Source of the DNA: an archaeon
GTDB lineage: Archaea > SpSt-1190 > DYHY01
DNA length: 64,000 nucleotides
Direction: 5' to 3'
Assembly (NCBI GenBank): GCA_043803745.1
Contig: JAZDJS010000021.1
Coordinates: 1-64,000, forward strand
The position numbers and the translations under genes are program-made. The notes beneath the pieces were generated by a model, which was not told where the DNA came from, ran no database searches, and saw only the letters and a list, made by a program, of their open reading frames with translations. This document shows positions 56,149-64,000 of this stretch, piece after piece (positions within the stretch are counted from its first letter, which is position 1; each line of letters begins with the position of its first letter).

Positions 56149-59100
56149 TCTTTTTCCCCTGCAGGTTCTCTTGAGGACTCCGACCCTTCCCGGGAGAAAC
56201 CGATTTCCGCGGCCCCGAGCCCGAGGTCGCCGAGGGAAACGCTGTCGCAGAAAACTTTCGAGCCACTCATTATCCTCACAAGCTCCATTTCCTGCGCCCC
56301 GACCTTCTCTTTCATAGCGGGGAGGAAGGGCGTTATCAGCTGCTCGGCCTTTTCGTCAAGACCGAGCTCAAGGACTATTTTCTGGGAAACCGTGAAACCG
56401 GAATCCTTCCGCATTGCCTGAATCTTGCGCGTGATTTCCCGGGAAGCTGCCTCGCCAAGCAGCGCGTCGTCAAGCTTCTTGTCAACGAAAACGACGAAGC
56501 CCGCTTCCTCGCCTCTCGCGTAATCGCCTGCGGGCTCCTCCGGGGAAACCTCGATTTTCTTGCAGTTCGCAAGGCGGGAGATAATTTCCCCCGCGAGGGA
56601 AATTGCCCTGGAAATGCCCTCTTCCTTGGAAACCACGATTGCCTTCGCAACTGGATATCTGAGTTTTATTCCGGCAGCGTTCCGCGCAGCCATCAGAGCC
56701 TCAATTACTTTCTGGGCTGTGAAGACGGCCTCCTCAAGGGCTGAGTCGATTTTCCCTTCCTCGCATTCCGGCCAGGAACAGAGATGAATCGACTCTGAAA
56801 CGGAGGAATCAAAGCTCTTCTCAAAGTTCTGGTAGATTTCCTCGGAAATCATTGGGACGATTGGCGCCGAAAGCCGCAGTAGCTTTGAAAGAACCTCGTA
56901 AAGGGTCTGGTATGCGGCAAGCTTGTCCTCCCCCTGCGCGCCGGGCCAAGTCCTCTCGCGGATCAGCTTGATGTATGTCCGAGAAAGGTCGTTCACGAAA
57001 AACTTTTGGAGTGTCTCGGAAGTCTCCTCAATCTTGTAGTTGTCGAATGCTTCCGTAAGCCCTCGCACAAGGCTGTTGAGCCTTGAGAGAATCCATTTGT
57101 CCTCGATTTTCTTCTCGACCTGAGCCCCGCCGGGCCTGAATCCGTCAACGGACATGTAGCCGTGGGCGAAAGAATAGCTGTTGTAGAGAATCCGGAGATT
57201 GTTGAAAGCGTCCCTGACATATCTTTCGGAATATGACATGTCTTCCCCCGCCTTTGCGGAGGAGATGAAGAACATCCGGAGGCTGTCCGCCCCGTATTTC
57301 GGAAGGACTTCCTCGGGGGAAACGAAATTGCCAAGGGATTTCGAGAATTTCCGCCCAATCTCGTCGTTAACGAATCCGTGCATGTAAACCGCCTTGTAGG
57401 GCGCTCGCCCGGTTGCAAGGACGCCGAGGCACATCAGGCTGTTGAACCAGCCGCGTATCTGGTCCTTGCCCTCGATTATGAAGTCGACAGGATAGGAGTC
57501 CGAAAGAACGTTCGGGTTTTCCGCCGGGAAGCGCTGGGCCGCCCAGGAGGCGGAACCGGCTTCTCCCCAGACATCGAAAATATCTGGCACGCGCGTCATG
57601 GCGTCCCGCTTGCATTTCTTGCACGCGAACTTTATCTCGTCAATCCAGGGCCTGTGCAAATCCTTCGGCTGGGTCGGGAGCTCTTTCGCGGAACCGACAA
57701 CCTCTATTTCCCCGCAGTATTCGCATTTCCATATTGGGAGGGGAACGCCCCAGTATCTCTGGCGGGAGATGCACCAGTCCTGGAGGTTATCGAGCCAGGA
57801 ATCGAACCAGGAAGAACCCGCCCAGTCCGGGACCCACTTGACCTGCTTGTTCGCCTCGCGCATCTTCTCCTTGAGGCTTGCGGTTGAGAAGAACCACTGA
57901 GTCGTCGCAAGGAATATCAGGGGCGTCTTGCATCTCCAGCAAATCGGGTATTCGTGCGTGAATTTCTCGGTTGAGAAAAGCAGGCCTTTCTTCTCAAGAT
58001 CCTCGATTATTTTCGGGTCGGCGTCCCTCTTGGCAATGAATCCGTGATATTTGCCGGCCTCCTCGGTGAATGCTCCGGAAAGCTTGATCGGGCAGAACAT
58101 GTCAAGGCCCTCCTTCTTCCCAACCTCAAAATCCTCGGGACCGGTTCCCGGAGCCAGGTGGACGCATCCGGTTCCGGCATCAAGATGGACATATTCCTTC
58201 GAGAGGACGACTGAATGGTTCTTATTGTCCTTCTCAGCAAACTTCCTCTGGGCGGGGATCTCGTCAATCAGGGGGTGGACGTACTTCAGACCGGCAAGCT
58301 CGGAGCCGGGAACCTCCTTCACGATTTTGTATCCGCGCCCGGCAAGTATCTTTTCCGCAAGCTCCTTTGCAAGTATCAGGGTCTCCCTCGGGGTCTCCCT
58401 CGGGGTCTCCCCGGGGAGCTCCCCGCCGCACTCGGCATAGACATACTGGAAATCCGGGTTTACCATCACCCCCATGTTTGTCGGGAGCGTCCAAGGGGTT
58501 GTCGTCCATATCAGTATGAATGTTTTCTCGGCTCCGGCGACCGGGAACTTCACGAATATCGAGTTCTCAGTTATGTTCGCGTATTCCTGCTCGTGCTTGG
58601 CAAGGGCGGTTTCGCAGCGGGGGCATGCCGTAAGGACCTTCGGCCCGTTGACAAGGTAGTTGCTGAGATATGCCTGCTTTATTCCCCACCAGACACCCTC
58701 GATGTAATAGTTCTCGATTGTCAGGTAGGGATTCTCCCAATCCATCCAGACCCCGAGGCGGATGAACTGGCCGTTCATTATCGCCAGGTTCTTCTTCGCG
58801 AAATTCCGGCAGTAGTTCACGAAATTCCCGACGCCGTATTCCTCAATCTGCTTTTTGGATTTTATCCCGATTTCCTTCTCGACCTTGAGCTCGACCGGGA
58901 GCCCGTGCATGTCGTATCCCGGGGTGTCATTTACCGAAAAGCCCCGCATTGCCTTGTAGCGGAGGACCGAATCCTTCATTATCTTGTTCCAGGCGGTTCC
59001 GAGGTGTATTGCGCCGGTCGGATAGGGGGGTCCGTCAATGAACGTGAACCTAGGCTTGCCGGACTGACCGGCCTTCCATTTTGAATAAATCGACTTCTCT

Positions 59101-59174
59101 TTCCAGAACGAAAGAATCCGCTCTTCTGTTGGAACTATTTCGAACGCGCCCCCGCTACCATCGCCAAAGACCAT
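56145..59174 (-). CDS. ileS: isoleucine--tRNA ligase
   Basis: DGPPY..G.IHLGT, WTTTPWTLP, GTG.VH.AP, DWCISRQRYWG, KFSKSLGN. Confidence 0.97.
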   Translation of the reverse strand: MVFGDGSGGAFEIVPTEERILSFWKEKSIYSKWKAGQSGKPRFTFIDGPPYPTGAIHLGTAWNKIMKDSVLRYKAMRGFSVNDTPGYDMHGLPVELKVEKEIGIKSKKQIEEYGVGNFVNYCRNFAKKNLAIMNGQFIRLGVWMDWENPYLTIENYYIEGVWWGIKQAYLSNYLVNGPKVLTACPRCETALAKHEQEYANITENSIFVKFPVAGAEKTFILIWTTTPWTLPTNMGVMVNPDFQYVYAECGGELPGETPRETPRETLILAKELAEKILAGRGYKIVKEVPGSELAGLKYVHPLIDEIPAQRKFAEKDNKNHSVVLSKEYVHLDAGTGCVHLAPGTGPEDFEVGKKEGLDMFCPIKLSGAFTEEAGKYHGFIAKRDADPKIIEDLEKKGLLFSTEKFTHEYPICWRCKTPLIFLATTQWFFSTASLKEKMREANKQVKWVPDWAGSSWFDSWLDNLQDWCISRQRYWGVPLPIWKCEYCGEIEVVGSAKELPTQPKDLHRPWIDEIKFACKKCKRDAMTRVPDIFDVWGEAGSASWAAQRFPAENPNVLSDSYPVDFIIEGKDQIRGWFNSLMCLGVLATGRAPYKAVYMHGFVNDEIGRKFSKSLGNFVSPEEVLPKYGADSLRMFFISSAKAGEDMSYSERYVRDAFNNLRILYNSYSFAHGYMSVDGFRPGGAQVEKKIEDKWILSRLNSLVRGLTEAFDNYKIEETSETLQKFFVNDLSRTYIKLIRERTWPGAQGEDKLAAYQTLYEVLSKLLRLSAPIVPMISEEIYQNFEKSFDSSVSESIHLCSWPECEEGKIDSALEEAVFTAQKVIEALMAARNAAGIKLRYPVAKAIVVSKEEGISRAISLAGEIISRLANCKKIEVSPEEPAGDYARGEEAGFVVFVDKKLDDALLGEAASREITRKIQAMRKDSGFTVSQKIVLELGLDEKAEQLITPFLPAMKEKVGAQEMELVRIMSGSKVFCDSVSLGDLGLGAAEIGFSREGSESSREPAGEKE
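58379..58426. repeat. In-frame 12-bp tandem repeat inside ileS
   Basis: GGGTCTCCCTCG x2 plus two degenerate units; encodes GELPGETPRETPRET. Confidence 0.8.
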
Positions 59175-59254
59175 TTGAGGCGGGGGATGAAACGGAGGTT
59201 TTTAACTATTTTTCCCCGTAGGGCGAGTTTTCCCCGGGAAATTTTGGGTAAGGG

Positions 59255-59363
59255 TTGAACCACCTCGGGCTAAGGCCTGGGAGTTCATCAAATAGCTCGG
59301 CGTAGCTGGACCCAAATCCGTGAAATCCTTGGAGCGTCGCGGACGAAGACCGCCCGCATCTCC
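59255..59363 (-). ncRNA. Candidate structured small RNA ending in an IS200/IS605 right-end-like hairpin
   Basis: TATA-like CTTAAAT 59382-59388; hairpin 59331-59363; terminal GAACTCCCAGGC-CTTA-GCCCGAGGTGGTTCAA. Confidence 0.35.
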
Positions 59364-59426
59364 GGCCTGAAAGGTTGTTAGATTTAAGCGGAAAGGATTA
59401 AAAACAAACGCAGAGTCCGGATTACC

Positions 59427-61292
59427 GTGATGCGCGCGGGGAAACGTGGCGGAAGAAGGGGAATTGACGCGATTCTAACGACAATTCTCCTGGTCCTGCT
59501 TGTGATTGCCTCGGTCGGGGGCGCCTGGTTTTTCTTCTCGAAAATGCAGGGCAAGTTCCAGAGCTCCGGCGAGGGCAGCGCGGAGGAGCAGATAGAAACC
59601 ACCGGAGGAATGCTCTCAATTGACTCGGCATACTCGAGGGAAGTCTACATAAGGAACGTCGGCAGGACTACCCTGCGAACCTTCGACCTTTACCTTAACG
59701 AGGAAAAACTCTTCCTGACAACGAGGCCGGAACCGCTCACCTCCGGGCAGTCCGGAATACTCAAGATTGCAATCGAGCTCAAGAAGGGCGACTGGGTCAA
59801 GGTAATCTCGGACAAGAGCGTCATCGCCTCCTACAAGGTTGAGCGGACGAAGACCGCCCGCTGCGGGAACCTGCGCTGCGAATTCCCCTCCGAGGAAAGC
59901 TGCACAAGCTGCCCCGAGGACTGCGGATATTGCACGGACTTTGTTTCCGCAAGAATGTATCCGAAAAACACCCAGGTCGGGGGGACTCTGACAATAGAGC
60001 TTTCCCTCGAGGCGAAGATGCTTGTTGAATCGGCAATAGCAAGAATGAGCCTTCCGAACAGGACTGTCGAGGAAATCCCGATGAGGAACGCGGGCGGGCT
60101 TTGGAGCGTCACAAGAGTCTCGGACCAGACGGGCCTTTATGTTGCCGATGTCAGGGTCAAGGAGAAGAACGGGCCCTTCCTTCCGGATGTACGGGCAGGA
60201 ATTTCAAGCACATCCGGATGGGGAAGCAACGACTGGAAGAGACGGAAGGCGATAATGGCAAGCGAAGGAGTCGGCTTTGAGAGGGTTTTCGAATATGTCA
60301 GGGCTAACTTCACCGGGCTCGTTCTCTCTTCCGGAAGCTGCAGGGAAGTCAAGATAACGGACATTTTCGGCAACCCGAGGCCGAGCCAGGTCATTGACGG
60401 GGGAAGCGACTGGTGCGAAATGATTGCCCCGCTTGACGCGCTCGAGGGTGTTTCCGACCAGATAATCGGGTTCATCTATTATGACAACCCCAGTCCGCCG
60501 GGGCCTGGCGCGCCAACCGACCTGCTTCCTTTCGACAATTCGACTAAATGCGCGGAAAGCGGGAATCTCAGGCTCTGCTTCGGCGGGGCGGATGACGGCG
60601 GGATGCGCTCCCTTTCCTCGTCAATTGTCGGAAAGGACACCAATCTCCTTTCGGCGCACACCCGGGACAGCAAATACTACCGGAGCGGAATACAGCCGCA
60701 GATGGACTATCCGATTGGGCTCGACCTCCTCTGGTGCTCCAATTACACGAGCATAGGCTCCCCGGAAATAATTGTCGGAGGGGGGCTTTACCAGCGGGTC
60801 AGGTATGACCTAGGGGTGACCTGCTCCGGAACCGAATACAACTACCGGATTTTCCTCGACTTTTATTCGAACAAGAGCTTCTACGACTTTTCGGCGCAGA
60901 CGCTCTCGGAAATAGAAACTGGAAAGGGCGGGGAGAGCGTCCTTTTCGCTCCCAACTGGAACATGGATGCGGTCTATTTCACGCAGGAAGGAACGACCTG
61001 CAGCGGCGACGCATGCTTCTACTGGAGCGACCTCCTGAAATCCCCGGCAGACCTTGGGATAGGAGCGACTCCGATTGAGAATTCGCAATACGTTCTTTTC
61101 GAATCCCTCACGCCCCCGCACACCTACAAAGTTCCGGAAGGCAGCTCAATTCCCCCGGGGGAGCTGCTCTACCGCGTGAGAACGTTCCTGGCGACAAGGG
61201 ATGACATTTTCTTCAACGCAATATCAGTTCCGCCAATTGCAAGGAACCCGATTTCGAGTTCAGTTTACTTGGGTGAGGAGGAAATAGCATGA
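59427..61292 (+). CDS. Large class III signal-peptide (type IV pilin/archaellin-like) protein with a DUF2341-like region
   Basis: RRG|IDAIL plus hydrophobic helix; YIRN.G; W...DWKRRKAI...YYDNP. Confidence 0.8.
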   Translation: MMRAGKRGGRRGIDAILTTILLVLLVIASVGGAWFFFSKMQGKFQSSGEGSAEEQIETTGGMLSIDSAYSREVYIRNVGRTTLRTFDLYLNEEKLFLTTRPEPLTSGQSGILKIAIELKKGDWVKVISDKSVIASYKVERTKTARCGNLRCEFPSEESCTSCPEDCGYCTDFVSARMYPKNTQVGGTLTIELSLEAKMLVESAIARMSLPNRTVEEIPMRNAGGLWSVTRVSDQTGLYVADVRVKEKNGPFLPDVRAGISSTSGWGSNDWKRRKAIMASEGVGFERVFEYVRANFTGLVLSSGSCREVKITDIFGNPRPSQVIDGGSDWCEMIAPLDALEGVSDQIIGFIYYDNPSPPGPGAPTDLLPFDNSTKCAESGNLRLCFGGADDGGMRSLSSSIVGKDTNLLSAHTRDSKYYRSGIQPQMDYPIGLDLLWCSNYTSIGSPEIIVGGGLYQRVRYDLGVTCSGTEYNYRIFLDFYSNKSFYDFSAQTLSEIETGKGGESVLFAPNWNMDAVYFTQEGTTCSGDACFYWSDLLKSPADLGIGATPIENSQYVLFESLTPPHTYKVPEGSSIPPGELLYRVRTFLATRDDIFFNAISVPPIARNPISSSVYLGEEEIA

Positions 61293-63190
61293 AGGTCCGT
61301 GAGCGGGGACGGATAAGGAAGGGCCTTGCGCCCGTTGCGATAATGCTGATCCTGCTTCTGACGCTTTCCATTGCCCTCTCGGCATGGCTTGTGATCAGCG
61401 GGCTCAATAACCAGGCAAAAACGCAGGCGGAAGCTGATGCCGCGGCGGCAAGGAAGAAAATATCGACGGGAATTGCAATTGACGGGATAGACAGCAACCG
61501 GCTTTTCATAAGGAATTCTGGCAAGGGAAGGATAAACGACGTAAGCGTTTATGTTGACAACGTGCCAATAGAGATCGTCGAGCAGTTCAGGGGGCTTGAC
61601 GCTGGGCAGAGCGGGGAAATCAGCCTTGAGAAGGCCCCCACTTTCGGGGACCACAGGATAAAGATAATTGCAAACTCGGCGGTCCAGGACGAAATAACAG
61701 TTTCCGGGCGGGCGCTCTCGGGATTTGACGCAAGAATCCCGATTAGGGTCACAAACCAGTATCCGCGGGACTATCGCTCAGTCTGGGCTTTCGGAGGCTC
61801 CGGAAAGAATGTGACGATTTCAATCCCGGTTTCAAGCCGCACATCGGTGGTCCTTGATTCCGAAGGGCTCGAATATCCGAGCAGGGTAAAGACGAGCTGG
61901 TATGACCCGGCGTGGAAAAAGCGCAGGCCGCTCGTTTTCTCGGACCTCTCCGGCGTCGGTTTCTCCGGGGAGCCGGTCGAATTCACGCTTTCCAGCCTCG
62001 CCCTTTCAACGGGGCGCTGCGAAGAAGTCAGGATTACCGATGATTCCGGGGCGCTCGTCAGGTCGGATTTCGTTTCCGGTTCCGGAGCAACGTGCAAATT
62101 CAGGATGCAGTTTTTCTCCCCTCCGAACGGGTCAACGAGATATTACGCATATTATGCGAATCCTACGGCGGAAATTCAGAATGCCGAAACCGGGATAAAC
62201 GTCTCGGAAATGGGCGACCGGCTCTGCCTCGACAACGGGAAGCTTCTTGTCTGCCTTGGACTTGACAAGGGGGGCGTCTTGAACATTTCCGAGTCCGAAA
62301 TGCAGAACCTGCTTGCCGAAAACGTCGGTCCGGACGGGAAATATTCCGGTCTTGCCCCTTCGGTGAAATACAAGGAGGGTTGGGACTACTCCGTCTGCTC
62401 GCCATACAGATTCAGCGAGTATGCAATCACGGAAGGCTCGAAGGATCATGCGGGAAAAACCAATTCAACGAGCGGCGCAAGCAAGAAAATCGGCGTGAAG
62501 GTTTCCTCGACAAGAACAATTGTGGAATACGTTTTCGGGACAACCTGCTCCGGCACGGAATACCTGTACAAATACCTCCTTACGATTTACCCGGATACCC
62601 TCTTTTACGACATCGAAATCCAGAACCTCGCCCAGATTGATTTCGGGGGGAGCCTGCAGAACTTCTTCGCCCAGGCAAATTGGGCGAAGGTTTACCCGAG
62701 CGGGAACTCCGTTGTTGCCGACGGGAACTATTCCGCATACTGGAACGAAAAGATTCCAGACGGAACCGGCATAGGCGTTGTTGCGCTCGAGCTTTCCCCG
62801 CGGGCAATTGCCGGCTTCCTAAGACCGCCAAGCTTCATCGTTGTCGAGGATTCCGAACCCCTTCAGGCCGGGACGATAATTTCCGCAAGGACGGTCCTTT
62901 CGAAGAACTACGCGGGTGCCGAGGAAACCCGGCGCGCCTTCATCAGAAGCCAGGGGGGTTACATAAATATTTCCGAGGGCGGCGACGAGGGCATCCCAGT
63001 AAACACGACTGCAACGGTTGATTTCGCGCTTGCGATCGACAAGGGCGCCTCCCGGAGCGTTTATTTCTATTACGCTGACAGGGGACCTGAGGGCGCTTCA
63101 CGGGAAAAGCCGGAACATCCGAGTTCCATTTCCGGATATGCCCTGGAAGCCTCCTTGGTCGGAAAGGAAGAGCGCCTCTCTTCCAGGTGA
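61289..63190 (+). CDS. Paralogous large class III signal-peptide protein with a DUF2341-like region
   Basis: RKG|LAPV plus hydrophobic helix; FIRN.G; WYDPAWKKRRPL...YYANP; shares TCSGTEY with the upstream gene. Confidence 0.8.
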   Translation: MKVRERGRIRKGLAPVAIMLILLLTLSIALSAWLVISGLNNQAKTQAEADAAAARKKISTGIAIDGIDSNRLFIRNSGKGRINDVSVYVDNVPIEIVEQFRGLDAGQSGEISLEKAPTFGDHRIKIIANSAVQDEITVSGRALSGFDARIPIRVTNQYPRDYRSVWAFGGSGKNVTISIPVSSRTSVVLDSEGLEYPSRVKTSWYDPAWKKRRPLVFSDLSGVGFSGEPVEFTLSSLALSTGRCEEVRITDDSGALVRSDFVSGSGATCKFRMQFFSPPNGSTRYYAYYANPTAEIQNAETGINVSEMGDRLCLDNGKLLVCLGLDKGGVLNISESEMQNLLAENVGPDGKYSGLAPSVKYKEGWDYSVCSPYRFSEYAITEGSKDHAGKTNSTSGASKKIGVKVSSTRTIVEYVFGTTCSGTEYLYKYLLTIYPDTLFYDIEIQNLAQIDFGGSLQNFFAQANWAKVYPSGNSVVADGNYSAYWNEKIPDGTGIGVVALELSPRAIAGFLRPPSFIVVEDSEPLQAGTIISARTVLSKNYAGAEETRRAFIRSQGGYINISEGGDEGIPVNTTATVDFALAIDKGASRSVYFYYADRGPEGASREKPEHPSSISGYALEASLVGKEERLSSR

Positions 63191-63195
63191 GCCAT

Positions 63196-64000
63196 TCAGA
63201 GTCCGGCGACTTTTTTCCTTGCGGCCTTCACCGCCTCGCCAAAGGCAAGAATCCCCTCCTCACAAACAATCCCCCTGACGAACTTTTTCGGGATGAAGTC
63301 AAATGCGGGATTCTCAAGGCGGGCGCCGTGAAGGTGGAAGCCGAGTTCGGAAACCGGCCTCTTCTCAATGTGGATTTTCCCGGTTTCGGCAAACTTGATT
63401 AACCCGAGGACTGCATAAAGGGGCTTTCCGTGCTCCCTTGCGGAAAGGGCTAGGAGGGACGTCCCTATTTTGTTGACGAATCCGTCCGGGAGGAGCGCGT
63501 CAGCTCCGACGAGCGCAATGTCGGCTTCGGGCATGAAATAATTCATCGCCGAATCAACGAACATCGTCTGGCGGATTCCCCCGGAGACGAGGTCCCTGGC
63601 AGTGCGGTGACCCTGGTAGCGGGGGCGCGTTTCAGTGTGGAGGACAGAGAATCTCGTACCGCGCGCCCGTGCTTCCCTGAGAAGTGATGTGACTGAAGAG
63701 GCGTGGCAATGTGTGATTATCGTCGAACCGGGCTTTACGAGCGGGAGCCCCGACCGGACAATCCTGTCGGAATCGACCCCTATTTCGGAAAGGAGCTTGT
63801 CGCATTTCTTTTCGGGATTTCCCGAGCGAAGGACTGCGGAAAGGAGGTTCTGGAGGGCGGGCTCGGTTGGTCTCTGGGCGGCGAGGAGGGCTGCGCTCTT
63901 TTCAATCCCCGCTTTTCCCGGCTTCTCCGAAACAATGTAAAACCGCAGGGCTGAAAGGGCGCTCCGCGCAACGTTGATTGCGCCCTGGATTTGGAGGTCC
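63196..64000 (-). CDS. ribose-1,5-bisphosphate isomerase / eIF-2B family protein (5'-truncated by the window edge)
   Basis: IQGA..VA, RPTEPAL.N, THCHASSV, ETRPRYQG, VGAD, NKIGT, NPAFD. Confidence 0.9.
   Translation of the reverse strand, partial: DLQIQGAINVARSALSALRFYIVSEKPGKAGIEKSAALLAAQRPTEPALQNLLSAVLRSGNPEKKCDKLLSEIGVDSDRIVRSGLPLVKPGSTIITHCHASSVTSLLREARARGTRFSVLHTETRPRYQGHRTARDLVSGGIRQTMFVDSAMNYFMPEADIALVGADALLPDGFVNKIGTSLLALSAREHGKPLYAVLGLIKFAETGKIHIEKRPVSELGFHLHGARLENPAFDFIPKKFVRGIVCEEGILAFGEAVKAARKKVAGL

Overview
A gene-dense, moderately GC-rich chromosomal segment of an archaeon. Archaeal-type LeuRS, IleRS, Fen1, Orc1/Cdc6, OB-fold SSB/RPA, Ogg, GGPP synthase, class III signal-peptide proteins, TATA-type promoters and a BHB-intron tRNA support this. 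The reduced content, many orphan genes, R15Pi-type isomerase and tRNA-Ile(UAU) suggest a DPANN lineage (inference). About 65 CDSs and 4 tRNAs are present: Ala-CGC, Ser-UGA, Glu-CUC and intron-containing Ile-UAU. I saw no CRISPR array, rRNA, integrase or transposase. The most unusual features are: (1) all four tRNA genes are flanked by short, imperfect copies of their own ends; at tRNA-Ala three such copies are each interrupted by a related 28-39 nt insert, and a ~47 nt hairpin module is shared between the Ala and Ser loci; (2) an HD-GYP domain fused to a CitG-like domain; (3) an intact ABC ATPase frame with no ATG/GTG/TTG start; (4) IS200/IS605-end-like non-coding elements, one behind its own TATA-like box; (5) very small ORFs missed by the ORF track. 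All assignments come from motif recognition by eye, not database searches.
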